This document shows, in pieces, positions 9,394 through 17,945 of a DNA stretch of 32,000 nucleotides; within the stretch, counting starts at the first letter, position 1; every line of letters starts with the position of its first letter. Made by a program: the position numbers and the translations under genes. The notes under the pieces are model-generated. The model was given only the letters and a program-made list of their open reading frames with translations. It made no database searches and was not told the origin of the DNA. Source of the stretch: Nostoc punctiforme PCC 73102 (GTDB lineage Bacteria > Cyanobacteriota > Cyanobacteriia > Cyanobacteriales > Nostocaceae); contig NC_010628.1 in the NCBI RefSeq assembly GCF_000020025.1, positions 5,400,001-5,432,000 on the forward strand. The letters run 5' to 3'.

Positions 9394-10254
9394 CTAGCAA
9401 TCATGCTGTATAGGTTGTCTCAATAGGGCATCGGCTACTAGTGAAACATCGTGCATTTCTTGAACATCGTGAACTCGGAGGATATCAGCACCATTAAAAA
9501 TAGCAGTACAACAAGCTGCTGCCGTTCCCCAAACTCGTGCTTTGGGATCTGGTTGATTTAAAATGCGACCAATGAAACTTTTACGGGATGCTCCTACCAA
9601 GATAGGACAATTGAGTGTTGTTAGCGATCGCAAGCCGCGGAAAATTTCTAAATTTTGCTCATAGTTCTTAGCAAAACCAATACCAGGATCAATAATAATT
9701 TTATCCAGATCAATGCCCGCAGTCGTTGCTGCCTGAACTTGGCGAGCCAAAAAACTAGAAATTTCACCGAGCAAATCTTGATAATCAGTCTGTTGTTGCA
9801 TCGTCTGTGGTGTCCCACGGATGTGCATTAAAATTATCGGCACACTTAACTCTGCAACTGTCGGCAACATTTCTGAGTCAAAAGTGCCGCCAGAAATATC
9901 ATTAATAATATCCGCTCCAGCTTCTACAGATGCCTTGGCTACAGCCGCACGGGTTGTATCTACAGAAATCGGGACTGAAATTTCTGGTCTTAGCACCTGT
10001 AACACCGATAACACCCGGTCAAGTTCCTCCGCCAGAGTTATTTGCTTTGCCCCTGGCCGAGTTGATTGACCGCCCACATCGATAATGTCAGCACCAGCAG
10101 CTACCAGTGCTTGCGCCTGCACTAAAGCCGCAGAGGTAGTGTTAAACTCACCCCCATCACTAAAGCTATCAGGCGTTACATTCAAAATACCCATCAAATA
10201 AGTTCGCTGTCCCCAATCGAAACAGCGTCCTCGAATTATTAAATTGCTTGGCAT
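9394..10254 (-). CDS. folP: dihydropteroate synthase
   Basis: GILNVTPDSFSDGG, DIGGQSTRPG and PGIGFAK motifs. Confidence 0.9.
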   Translation of the reverse strand: MPSNLIIRGRCFDWGQRTYLMGILNVTPDSFSDGGEFNTTSAALVQAQALVAAGADIIDVGGQSTRPGAKQITLAEELDRVLSVLQVLRPEISVPISVDTTRAAVAKASVEAGADIINDISGGTFDSEMLPTVAELSVPIILMHIRGTPQTMQQQTDYQDLLGEISSFLARQVQAATTAGIDLDKIIIDPGIGFAKNYEQNLEIFRGLRSLTTLNCPILVGASRKSFIGRILNQPDPKARVWGTAAACCTAIFNGADILRVHDVQEMHDVSLVADALLRQPIQHDC

Positions 10255-10306
10255 AAATCTACATTAGGCATTCCCATGCTCTGCATGGGAACGAAAATAA
10301 GGCACA

Positions 10307-11053
10307 TTACACTAAGTGAAAATTCACAATCCGAGCGAAACTCTCCGGTTCTAAACTTGCTCCTCCGACTAAAACGCCATCGATTTCTGGTTGAGCCATG
10401 ATTTCATCAATATTATTTGGCTTCACTGAGCCACCATATTGAATTGATACATTTGGATTACTCAACTGGCTCCGAATTAAGCCAATTATTCGATTAGCTT
10501 CCACTGCTTCACAAGTTTCACCAGTGCCAATTGCCCAAATTGGCTCGTAGGCAATCACCAAATTATTCTGATCGATATCTACCAAACCTTTGTCGAGTTG
10601 GAGAGCAATCAGTGATTCAGTTTCTCCTGCATCTCGTTGTTGTTTAGTTTCACCAACACAGAGAATTGGAGTCAAACCAAACCTTTGAGCAGTTCGGAGG
10701 CGCAGATTAACAGTTGCGTCCGTTTCACCAAAGTATTGCCGTCGTTCGCTATGACCGACAATCACAAAGCGCACACCGCTTTCTGTCAGCATCGGGCCAG
10801 AAATCTCACCCGTATAGGCTCCAAATTCTTCCCAATGGATATTTTGTGCCCCCAGTTGGATGAGGCTACCGTGCAAAGTCTTGGACAAAACGCTTAAATC
10901 AGTGAAAGGAGGACACAATATTACTTCTCGCCCTTGGGGGGTTTCCTCTAAGTGGGGCAAAAATCCTTGCAAAAACTCCTGAGTCTCTGCCTGGGTTTTG
11001 AACATTTTCCAGTTGCCGGCAATAACGATTTTCCGCACAGGTAATTTAGTCAA
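10307..11053 (-). CDS. tpiA: triosephosphate isomerase
   Basis: IAGNWKM, VGHSERR and [10 protein letters not shown] motifs. The start codon is uncertain (TTG at 11053 or a nearby GTG). Confidence 0.9.
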   Translation of the reverse strand: MTKLPVRKIVIAGNWKMFKTQAETQEFLQGFLPHLEETPQGREVILCPPFTDLSVLSKTLHGSLIQLGAQNIHWEEFGAYTGEISGPMLTESGVRFVIVGHSERRQYFGETDATVNLRLRTAQRFGLTPILCVGETKQQRDAGETESLIALQLDKGLVDIDQNNLVIAYEPIWAIGTGETCEAVEANRIIGLIRSQLSNPNVSIQYGGSVKPNNIDEIMAQPEIDGVLVGGASLEPESFARIVNFHLV

Positions 11054-11213
11054 GATCCTAACGCGTTATTTAGATGCATTTTTCAGTTTATGACTTTTTG
11101 TTAGCCATTAGTCATTGGTCAAGAGTTATTCTCCTCTGCTCCACAAACCCCTGTTAAAAATAATTAGGATAAGAGACGGGGCTAATCAAATAAATCCCAA
11201 ATCTCAAATTGAT

Positions 11214-12695
11214 ATGACTTCGACATTACCTGTGCCTGAACCTCATCAAAGCGATTCTGCTAACACTGACGCAAATTCTCTCAGTTGGGAGGAAGAACTG
11301 GATAGCGCTATTTTCAGTTTTGAAGACATTCAGACGGAACTGAACTATAAACAAGCACAAACGGCGCTGCGAAACTTAGTAGCCAATCTCGACCTCACCC
11401 CCCAAGAAAAAACCGGATTGGAAACGGAAATTGCTGATTTGGAAACCATGCTAGGGAAGTTAGACCGCATGGTGGTGCAGATTGCAGCTTTTGGCATGGT
11501 AGGGCGTGGTAAGTCTTCGCTACTCAATTCTTTGGTGGGACAAACAGTATTTGAAACAGGGCCGCTGCACGGTGTCACTCGGACTGCACAAACAGTTAAT
11601 TGGAGTATTAGTGAGGAAGCGATTGGAGAAACTGAACGGGCTTTGCGGGTTACTCTCCCTGGTGTAGGTCAATCGCAGGTAAAATTAATTGATACTCCTG
11701 GGTTAGACGAAGTAGATGGTGCAACCCGTGCTGTGTTAGCCGAACAGATTGCGAAACAAGCAGATTTGATTCTGTTTGTAATCTCTGGCGATATGACAAA
11801 GCTAGAATACGCTGCCCTTTCTCAGTTGCGGGAAGCAGGTAAACCGATCATTCTAGTGTTTAACAAAGTAGACCAGTATCCAGAAGCAGACCGGATGGCA
11901 ATTTATCACAAAATCCGCGATGAAAGGGTGCGGGAATTACTCACGCCTTTAGAGATTGTCATGGCTGCGGCATCGCCATTGGTGAAGACGGCGATTCGCC
12001 GCCCTGATGGTACTAGGGGCATACAGTTGCGTACAGGGAATGCCCAAGTTGAAGAACTGAAGCTGAAAATCTTGGAGATTCTGCACCGTGAGGGTAAAGC
12101 CTTGGTTGCTCTTAATACCATGCTTTATGCCGACGTTGTAAATGAGCAGTTAATCGAACGAAAACTGATGATTCGGGAACAGAATGCCAATCAGTTGATT
12201 TGGAAGGCTGTGATGACTAAAGCATTAGCGATCGCACTTAATCCTGTAACTGTGGTAGATATTCTGAGTAGTGTGGTCATTGATATTGCTCTGATTTTAG
12301 GTTTATCTAAGCTCTATGGCTTCTCCATGACCGAAGCTGGGGCTGTACAACTGCTACAAAAAATTGCCCTGAGTATGGGCGGCATCGGTGCTAGTGAATT
12401 GTTAGCAAATTTGGGTTTGAGTGGATTAAAAACTTTACTTGGTATCTCTGCAACAGCTACCGCAGGTGTTGCCCTTGGCCCTTATATATCGGTGGCAGTC
12501 ACGCAAGGGGGAGTAGCTGGTGTTTCTTCTTACGGTATTGGGCAAGTTACCAAAGTTTATTTAGCCAATGGCGCAACTTGGGGGCCTGATGGGCCGAAAG
12601 CAGTGATTAATCGCATTTTGGCAAACCTGGATGAGACTTCTATCCTTAATCGGATTAAGGATGAATTGTTGCATAAGGTAAGGCTGAGGAAATGA
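11214..12695 (+). CDS. membrane-associated GTPase with C-terminal DUF697-like hydrophobic domain
   Basis: G1 FGMVGRGKSSLLNSL, G3 DTPGLDE, G4 FNKVDQ. The C-terminal region is glycine/alanine-rich and hydrophobic (ALNPVTVVDILSSVVIDIALILGLSKLYG). The start is uncertain (ATG 11214 versus TTG 11115). Confidence 0.75.
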   Translation: MTSTLPVPEPHQSDSANTDANSLSWEEELDSAIFSFEDIQTELNYKQAQTALRNLVANLDLTPQEKTGLETEIADLETMLGKLDRMVVQIAAFGMVGRGKSSLLNSLVGQTVFETGPLHGVTRTAQTVNWSISEEAIGETERALRVTLPGVGQSQVKLIDTPGLDEVDGATRAVLAEQIAKQADLILFVISGDMTKLEYAALSQLREAGKPIILVFNKVDQYPEADRMAIYHKIRDERVRELLTPLEIVMAAASPLVKTAIRRPDGTRGIQLRTGNAQVEELKLKILEILHREGKALVALNTMLYADVVNEQLIERKLMIREQNANQLIWKAVMTKALAIALNPVTVVDILSSVVIDIALILGLSKLYGFSMTEAGAVQLLQKIALSMGGIGASELLANLGLSGLKTLLGISATATAGVALGPYISVAVTQGGVAGVSSYGIGQVTKVYLANGATWGPDGPKAVINRILANLDETSILNRIKDELLHKVRLRK

Positions 12696-12738
12696 GGGGG
12701 ATGAAGGAGATAAGGGAGAAATAACCAATGCCCCATAA

Positions 12739-15030
12739 CTAATGACTAATCAAATATTGAAATCGTTGATCTTGTCGAATGTTGTCAAAATCAGTATCAG
12801 TTTTTGCTGTCTCTCGGTATTTAGGATTTAAGTTGATAGATTGTTGCAAATTCTCTATTGCCAAATCGACATTCCCTAGTAAACCATAACAGCAAGCTTT
12901 GTTGTACCAAGCATTGTCTTTGTCAGGTTTGATTTTCAGGGCTTCGTCAAAAGAGGCGATCGCTTCTTCTAATCTTTCCAATTTTACTAGCGCATAGCCC
13001 CAGTTGTTCCAAGCTTGGTGGTCGTCAGATTTGATTTTTATCGCTTGGTCAAAAGAGGCGATCGCTTCTTCTAATCTTCCCAATTCAACTAGCGCAGTAC
13101 CCCGGTTGTACCAAGCTTCGTGGTAGTCGGGTTTGAAATTGAGGGCTTGGTCAAAAGAGGCGATCGCTTCTTCTAATCTTCCCAAATTAAATAGCGCAAT
13201 GCCCCGGTTGTACCAAGCTTGGTGGTCGTCGGGTTTGAAATTGAGGGCTTGGTCATAAGAGGCGATCGCTTCTTCTAATCTTCCCAATTCAACTAGCGCA
13301 ATGCCCCGGTTGTTCCAAGCATTGTCTTTGTCGGGTTTGAAATTGAGGGCTTGGTCATAAGAGGCGATCGCTTCTTCTAATCTTCCCAAATTAAATAGCG
13401 CAATGCCCCGGTTGTACCAAGCTTGGTGGTCGTCGGGTTTGAAATTGAGGGCTTGGTCATAAGAGGCGATCGCTTCTTCTAATCTTCCCAAATTAAATAG
13501 CGCAATGCCCCGGTTGTACCAAGCTTGGTGGTCGTCGGGTTTGAAATTGAGGGCTTGGTCATAAGAGGCGATCGCTTCTTCTAATCTTCCCAAATTAAAT
13601 AGCGCATTGCCTTTAGCAAACAAAATGTCAGAGGAATCAGGTGTAAAAGTGAGAGCTTTGTTTAAGCAACGTAGTGCATCTTGATAGCGTTTTGAGTTGA
13701 TTAAATTCCAGCTAAAACTCAACAGAGAAGCTTTAATTTCTTGGTGTTTCTCTGCTAGCTGCAAAATTAACCGGGTGAAGCGTAATGTGTATTCCCCTGC
13801 TTCTACTTGCTTTGGTTTCGCCTCAATTTGCCCATCACGGGGTTCTAGGATACGTTCAGCTGAAATCAGATAATTGGTAGCTTTGCGTATTTGCCAATAA
13901 TACCAAAGTCGCCGCCAGAAATTCCCAGCCGCTAACATCCGTGCAGTCGGCTCCACTGTGAAGCGATAAAGTGGAATGTCGAATTGTTGCAGCAAGTCCA
14001 CGGCATCATAAATGTAGCGGCTTACAGAGTATTTTTCTACTGCCTTCTTGTAACGTTTTTCCCAAGTGTCTTTTAGGGTGTGGCGGTAATTATTTACTGT
14101 CAAAGGCAAGCTTTCATTTTGCAGGCGTTGGAAATTCTCGACTACGTTTCTAAAGGTGCTGTCATTACACCTAGCTAGTTCAGGATATTGGTCTGCTTCC
14201 GCTTTAATGTCAGTCTCAGAAACCGTTGCTGCTAACATCGCAATGATGGCATCATCTTCTGGTTGCGGCAATTCATAACTTTTAAATCGGTTCCACAGCT
14301 TAGAATATTTATTCCATTGCAGTTTTTCCCAAGGACTGGGTTTTCCAGGATCTTCGGAGTGTGTTTCATTTCGGGCGGTGGCGATGACGCGGATTTCTGT
14401 CGGTTCGCATAACTCTTCATACTTATTCAAAGCTTGCAACAGCCTTTCTTGCAAGGGGACTTGAAACCGTTCTGCGAGACTTTTCTCGGCTTCTGGGGAT
14501 ATTTCGTGGCGGCTGGCATACATTTTTTGATTGAGATCGTCAAAGAAAAATAGCAACTTGCGGTTTGTGCCAATCTCTTTGGGCATAGCCGCCGGAATAT
14601 CTAGCCATTCTCCTAACTTGAGGTAAAGCACCGTCCAGCCTTCTTGGTTGAGATGCTTGGCTAACTCTGCTGCTTCCCGTGTTTTGCCTAATCCCGTGCG
14701 TCCTAAAATCAATATCCAGCGATCTTCTTCTAACTGCCGCTTTAGCTCATTGCAAATGTGACGATTTGGTACACGTTGTTGGTAAACTATGTTTCTATCA
14801 GCCAAAGGATCGTCATCTTTACCACCCAAAATTCGCTGCATCAGGTCTTGACTCTTGGGTGTAATCACCTCAAAAGCAAAAGTTTTATCGGGAATGCGCC
14901 GCTGGCGGTGTCGCCAGATGAGCCACCACAAAACACCCACAATCGCAGGGAACGCACCTGAGAGCAGGTTGTTAATAAAGTCTTTGTTGTTGATGTAAAA
15001 ATCTACAATTGGCTGAAGAAGGTTAAACAC
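12739..15030 (-). CDS. N-terminally membrane-anchored P-loop NTPase fused to a TPR array
   Basis: One TM helix (FPAIVGVLWWLIW), Walker A ILGRTGLGKT, Walker B LLFFFDDL, a helical middle region, then at least 8 TPR units (GRLEEAIASYDQALNFKPDDHQAWYNRGIALFNL). GTG start. Confidence 0.8.
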   Translation of the reverse strand: MFNLLQPIVDFYINNKDFINNLLSGAFPAIVGVLWWLIWRHRQRRIPDKTFAFEVITPKSQDLMQRILGGKDDDPLADRNIVYQQRVPNRHICNELKRQLEEDRWILILGRTGLGKTREAAELAKHLNQEGWTVLYLKLGEWLDIPAAMPKEIGTNRKLLFFFDDLNQKMYASRHEISPEAEKSLAERFQVPLQERLLQALNKYEELCEPTEIRVIATARNETHSEDPGKPSPWEKLQWNKYSKLWNRFKSYELPQPEDDAIIAMLAATVSETDIKAEADQYPELARCNDSTFRNVVENFQRLQNESLPLTVNNYRHTLKDTWEKRYKKAVEKYSVSRYIYDAVDLLQQFDIPLYRFTVEPTARMLAAGNFWRRLWYYWQIRKATNYLISAERILEPRDGQIEAKPKQVEAGEYTLRFTRLILQLAEKHQEIKASLLSFSWNLINSKRYQDALRCLNKALTFTPDSSDILFAKGNALFNLGRLEEAIASYDQALNFKPDDHQAWYNRGIALFNLGRLEEAIASYDQALNFKPDDHQAWYNRGIALFNLGRLEEAIASYDQALNFKPDKDNAWNNRGIALVELGRLEEAIASYDQALNFKPDDHQAWYNRGIALFNLGRLEEAIASFDQALNFKPDYHEAWYNRGTALVELGRLEEAIASFDQAIKIKSDDHQAWNNWGYALVKLERLEEAIASFDEALKIKPDKDNAWYNKACCYGLLGNVDLAIENLQQSINLNPKYRETAKTDTDFDNIRQDQRFQYLISH
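12900..13615. repeat. 102-bp tandem repeats encoding the TPR units
   Basis: The motif gagggcttgg recurs at 13141, 13243, 13345, 13447 and 13549, with diverged equivalents at 12937 and 13039, giving a period of 102 bp. Units 13345-13446 and 13447-13548 are identical. Unit 13141-13242 differs from them by 1 nt. Each unit carries a HIP1 site. Confidence 0.95.
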
Positions 15031-15175
15031 GCAGTTTATTTTGAGCGATCGCTACCTAATTGCTCCTTAGTCACAGTGTAGTTCTTCTTAGCGCTTGCTA
15101 TGAAGCCCTTAGCTTGTAAAAATAACTGCTGCTTCAGCCGTATTTTAGTATTAGTTTAGCGATCGAAGCCAAGTT

Positions 15176-15322
15176 TTTGACCTTTTAACTCGGCAGTTCG
15201 ACCTTTTAACTCGGAAGTTCGACCTTTTAACTCGGAAGTTCGACCTTTTAACTCGGCAGTTCGACCTTTTAGCTCGGCAGTTCGACCTTTTAGCTCGGCA
15301 GTTCGACCTTTTAACTCGGAAC
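15176..15322. repeat. intergenic 21-bp x 7 direct tandem repeat (consensus ttcgaccttttaactcggcag)
   Basis: Copies start at 15176, 15197, 15218, 15239, 15260, 15281 and 15302. Only a few positions vary: a/g at unit position 12, c/a at position 19, plus single end-copy differences (t for c in copy 1, c for g in copy 7). Neither strand of the unit contains ATG, GTG or TTG. Confidence 0.95.
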
Positions 15323-15528
15323 TTGAGCTTCTGAACTCAAAATATCAAATTCTACACTCAAATTCCAAGCTTCTAAGTTGTAACTTTCAACCTTTTAGGT
15401 AAAATTGCTGTGAAATTTTTTCCACTATTAATGCTTAGGGCTGCACTTTTCGAGATTTACAAAAGAAATTGCGCCTTCATCAACTTTAGACATCTCCAGA
15501 AATTAATTATGCGTTACCTGAAACCCTT

Positions 15529-15557
15529 GTAGAGACGTTGCAATGCAACGTCTCTAC
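15529..15557. repeat. 29-nt palindromic hairpin (gtagagacgttgc-aat-gcaacgtctctac)
   Basis: Perfect 13-bp stem with a 3-nt loop. On the plus strand it is followed by attcttttt. It is nested inside an outer inverted repeat, gacatctcc (15490-15498) with ggagatgtc (15569-15577). Confidence 0.85.
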
Positions 15558-15579
15558 ATTCTTTTTCGGAGATGTCTTT

Positions 15580-17232
15580 TTAATTTCTACCTTTAAAAGA
15601 GTTTAGCCATTCTTGAACTTGTTCGCGGGCAATATCACGCCCTCCAAGACCAAAAGCTAGAGCAATAGCAACTGCGATCGCACCTAATAAGAGTCCAAAG
15701 GCTAAATTCACGATATCACTGGCAACTCCAATCTGTTGCAGTGCCATTGCAGAGACTAAAGCAATAATGGAAATCCGCGCTACTTGTCCCAAAATCTCTG
15801 CCTGACGTTCGCCGGAACTGGTAATGATATTAAAAGCTAGATTTGCCAGGAATAAGCCAATCGCAAATATCACCAATCCCGCCAAAATCCGCCCGAATAT
15901 GATCACAATACCAGACACTAATGCTGTCAGGGCTGGAATATTCAAGATATTCACCGCCGCCACCGTTGCAAACAGCATGATACCCACTAAGGCAACAATA
16001 CCCACAATTTCCGATGGAGTGCGGCTTGGAGTATAGGCAGTTGTTGGTTCAGTTGAAATTTCGATGCGTCTGCTGGGTGTTGTCAGACCCAAAATAGTGA
16101 AAATGTTGTTAAAGCCTAAATTGGTGAGGATACTTGTAACCAAATCCGCGATAAATCGCCCTATGAAATAGGCAACAATCAAAATTGCTACGGCTGTAAA
16201 GATGGCAGGGAGGGCGTTAAGAATCTGTTGCAGCATTGCGATCGCTGGGACAGATATCGCATCAATTCGCAAAGCATTAAGCGCTGCGATCGCCACAGGA
16301 ATCAAAATCAAAACATAGACAATTGTGCCGAGAATACTCGATAAAGGTTGCACCCCCGCAGCCGCAGATAATCCTAAGCGACTACCTAAATGGTCAATCC
16401 CAGTTGTCGCCAATAAGTTCGTTACAATCCGTCGCACCACATTAGCTATAAACCAACCAACTACGGCAATTAGCGCCGCCGCTAAAATGTTCGGCAAAAC
16501 TAGCAGAACTTGTGTAATTAGAGCTTGTACTGGTTGTAGAGCTTGCCTTAGTCCGAGAGTATCTAAAATTGGGGCGAGAAACAGTAAAAATATAAACCAA
16601 TACAGAGCATTACCAATGGTCTCACTCAGAGACAACTGATTCAGGCTGGGTGCGCTGTCTTCTGGTTCTGGATTTAAACGCTCATCCAGATTAAATGCCT
16701 GTAACGATCGCACAGTGATAATCTTGACAATAGTCGCTAAAAACCAGGCGGTTGCCAAAAGAATTCCCGCACCAACCAAATTTGGCAAAAAGCCAATAAG
16801 TTGATTGAGAAAATTATTGAGGGGTCGAGAGGCTACCTCCAGATCCAATGTCTGTAAAACAGCTACCGCCGTCAATAGGATAATGCTCCAAAAAACTAAG
16901 CTGGAGATTAATTTCTCCACTTGGGGAACGTTTTGACGACCCGTTACTCCTGCGGCAATGCGATTATCTATGTTTGTGCGATTGAGGATTCCTCGCGTCA
17001 CCGCAGCTGCGATCGCCGCAATTAGCCAACCTACTAACAAAATTGCTACTGCCCCCAAGAGACGGGGCGTAAACAGAATTATCTGTTGAACAATACCTTG
17101 TACATCAGCGATTCCTTGATTCACTGCTGGTTGTATCGGTTGCAGGCTGGGCGATTGTGCCAAAAATTGCTGCACCTTCATGGGTAAACCAACTTCTATC
17201 ACCTGGATTATTCCTTGCCAAGTTGTGTTCAT
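15580..17232 (-). CDS. polytopic membrane protein with five 'conserved TM helix' repeats (PF05552-like, MscS-associated motif)
   Basis: Five internal repeats of the pattern LPxxxxAxxIxxxGWFIAxxxxxxVxxxL, for example LPNILAAALIAVVGWFIANVVRRIVTNLL and LPAIFTAVAILIVAYFIGRFIADLVTSIL. Confidence 0.7.
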   Translation of the reverse strand: MNTTWQGIIQVIEVGLPMKVQQFLAQSPSLQPIQPAVNQGIADVQGIVQQIILFTPRLLGAVAILLVGWLIAAIAAAVTRGILNRTNIDNRIAAGVTGRQNVPQVEKLISSLVFWSIILLTAVAVLQTLDLEVASRPLNNFLNQLIGFLPNLVGAGILLATAWFLATIVKIITVRSLQAFNLDERLNPEPEDSAPSLNQLSLSETIGNALYWFIFLLFLAPILDTLGLRQALQPVQALITQVLLVLPNILAAALIAVVGWFIANVVRRIVTNLLATTGIDHLGSRLGLSAAAGVQPLSSILGTIVYVLILIPVAIAALNALRIDAISVPAIAMLQQILNALPAIFTAVAILIVAYFIGRFIADLVTSILTNLGFNNIFTILGLTTPSRRIEISTEPTTAYTPSRTPSEIVGIVALVGIMLFATVAAVNILNIPALTALVSGIVIIFGRILAGLVIFAIGLFLANLAFNIITSSGERQAEILGQVARISIIALVSAMALQQIGVASDIVNLAFGLLLGAIAVAIALAFGLGGRDIAREQVQEWLNSFKGRN

Positions 17233-17430
17233 GGTTTTCGGGAATTAAGCTTAAGTATTCGCCGCAAACACTGAGTAAGTGTTTTGCCTATAAATTTACC
17301 AGTAAACACATACATATAATATTGATATCAAGAGTAATTTTTGACTTTGTTACTAAATATTTGATTTAATCTACCGACAATGGCGAATTTTGCGTTACTC
17401 TAATTGCAGCAACAGCATCGAAGATGTGGA

Positions 17431-17871
17431 ATGCCTCAAGTTTTAGAACAATCGATTCAAATTAATGCTACAGCTACGGTAGTAGAGCGTTGTATTAGCG
17501 ATTTAGCTCTCATGCAACGCTGGCTTAACCCTGTACTCCGTTGCGAACCTGTGAGTGAATCTTGGAGTACTGATGTCGGTAGTGAAAGTCGTTTTATCAT
17601 TCAAATTCCTCTACTGAAACCTACGTTGAATAGCGTAGTTGTGGAACGACAACCGGGTTTGGTAGTCTGGGAATTTAAGGGATTTTTCCAAGGACGCGAT
17701 CGCTGGGAATGTCAACCCACAGAAAAGGGAACGCTCCTACTAAACCGTTTTGAGTTCGATATTCCTAACCCCTTAGTCAGTTGGGGTTTCAATACCTTTG
17801 CCGCATCTTGGACAAAAGAAGATATGCAAGCCCAACTCCGCCGCCTGAAACGAGTCGCAGAAAATTCGTAA
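17431..17871 (+). CDS. SRPBCC/START-like family protein
   Basis: About 146 aa with the pattern QSIQINATATVVERCISDLALMQRWLNP...W....F, typical of the polyketide-cyclase/SRPBCC fold. ATG 17431 preferred over TTG 17404. Confidence 0.5.
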   Translation: MPQVLEQSIQINATATVVERCISDLALMQRWLNPVLRCEPVSESWSTDVGSESRFIIQIPLLKPTLNSVVVERQPGLVVWEFKGFFQGRDRWECQPTEKGTLLLNRFEFDIPNPLVSWGFNTFAASWTKEDMQAQLRRLKRVAENS

Positions 17872-17945
17872 TTGGGCATTGGGAATTGGGCATTGGGCAT
17901 TGGTTCATCTCCCCCTGCTCCCCTGCTCCCCTGCCCTCTTCCCTA
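17868..17945. repeat. STRR-type short tandem repeats
   Basis: Heptamer attgggc x5 (attgggc attggga attgggc attgggc attggtt), followed by octamer tgctcccc x3. Confidence 0.85.

Noticed and set aside
10271-10291. Hairpin ttcccatgc-tct-gcatgggaa between tpiA and folP, considered as a terminator or attenuator.
   Set aside because: No U-tract on the minus strand. Part of it (gggaatgccta) recurs at 24094-24104, so it is more likely a dispersed repeat fragment.
12900-13615. Regularly spaced 102-bp repeats considered as a CRISPR-like array.
   Set aside because: There are no unique spacers. The repeats are contiguous and translate in frame as TPR units of a 763-aa ORF.
11214-15030. The GTPase and the NTPase-TPR gene considered as a two-gene system.
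   Set aside because: They are convergent, with stops 43 bp apart, so they are not co-transcribed. A paralogous GTPase occurs elsewhere in the window without such a partner.
15176-15322. The 21-bp tandem array considered as a CRISPR array, as an STRR, or as coding for a heptad-repeat peptide.
   Set aside because: There are no spacers. The period is 21 with no internal 7-bp substructure. All stop-free frames lack a start codon between the nearest upstream stop and the array.
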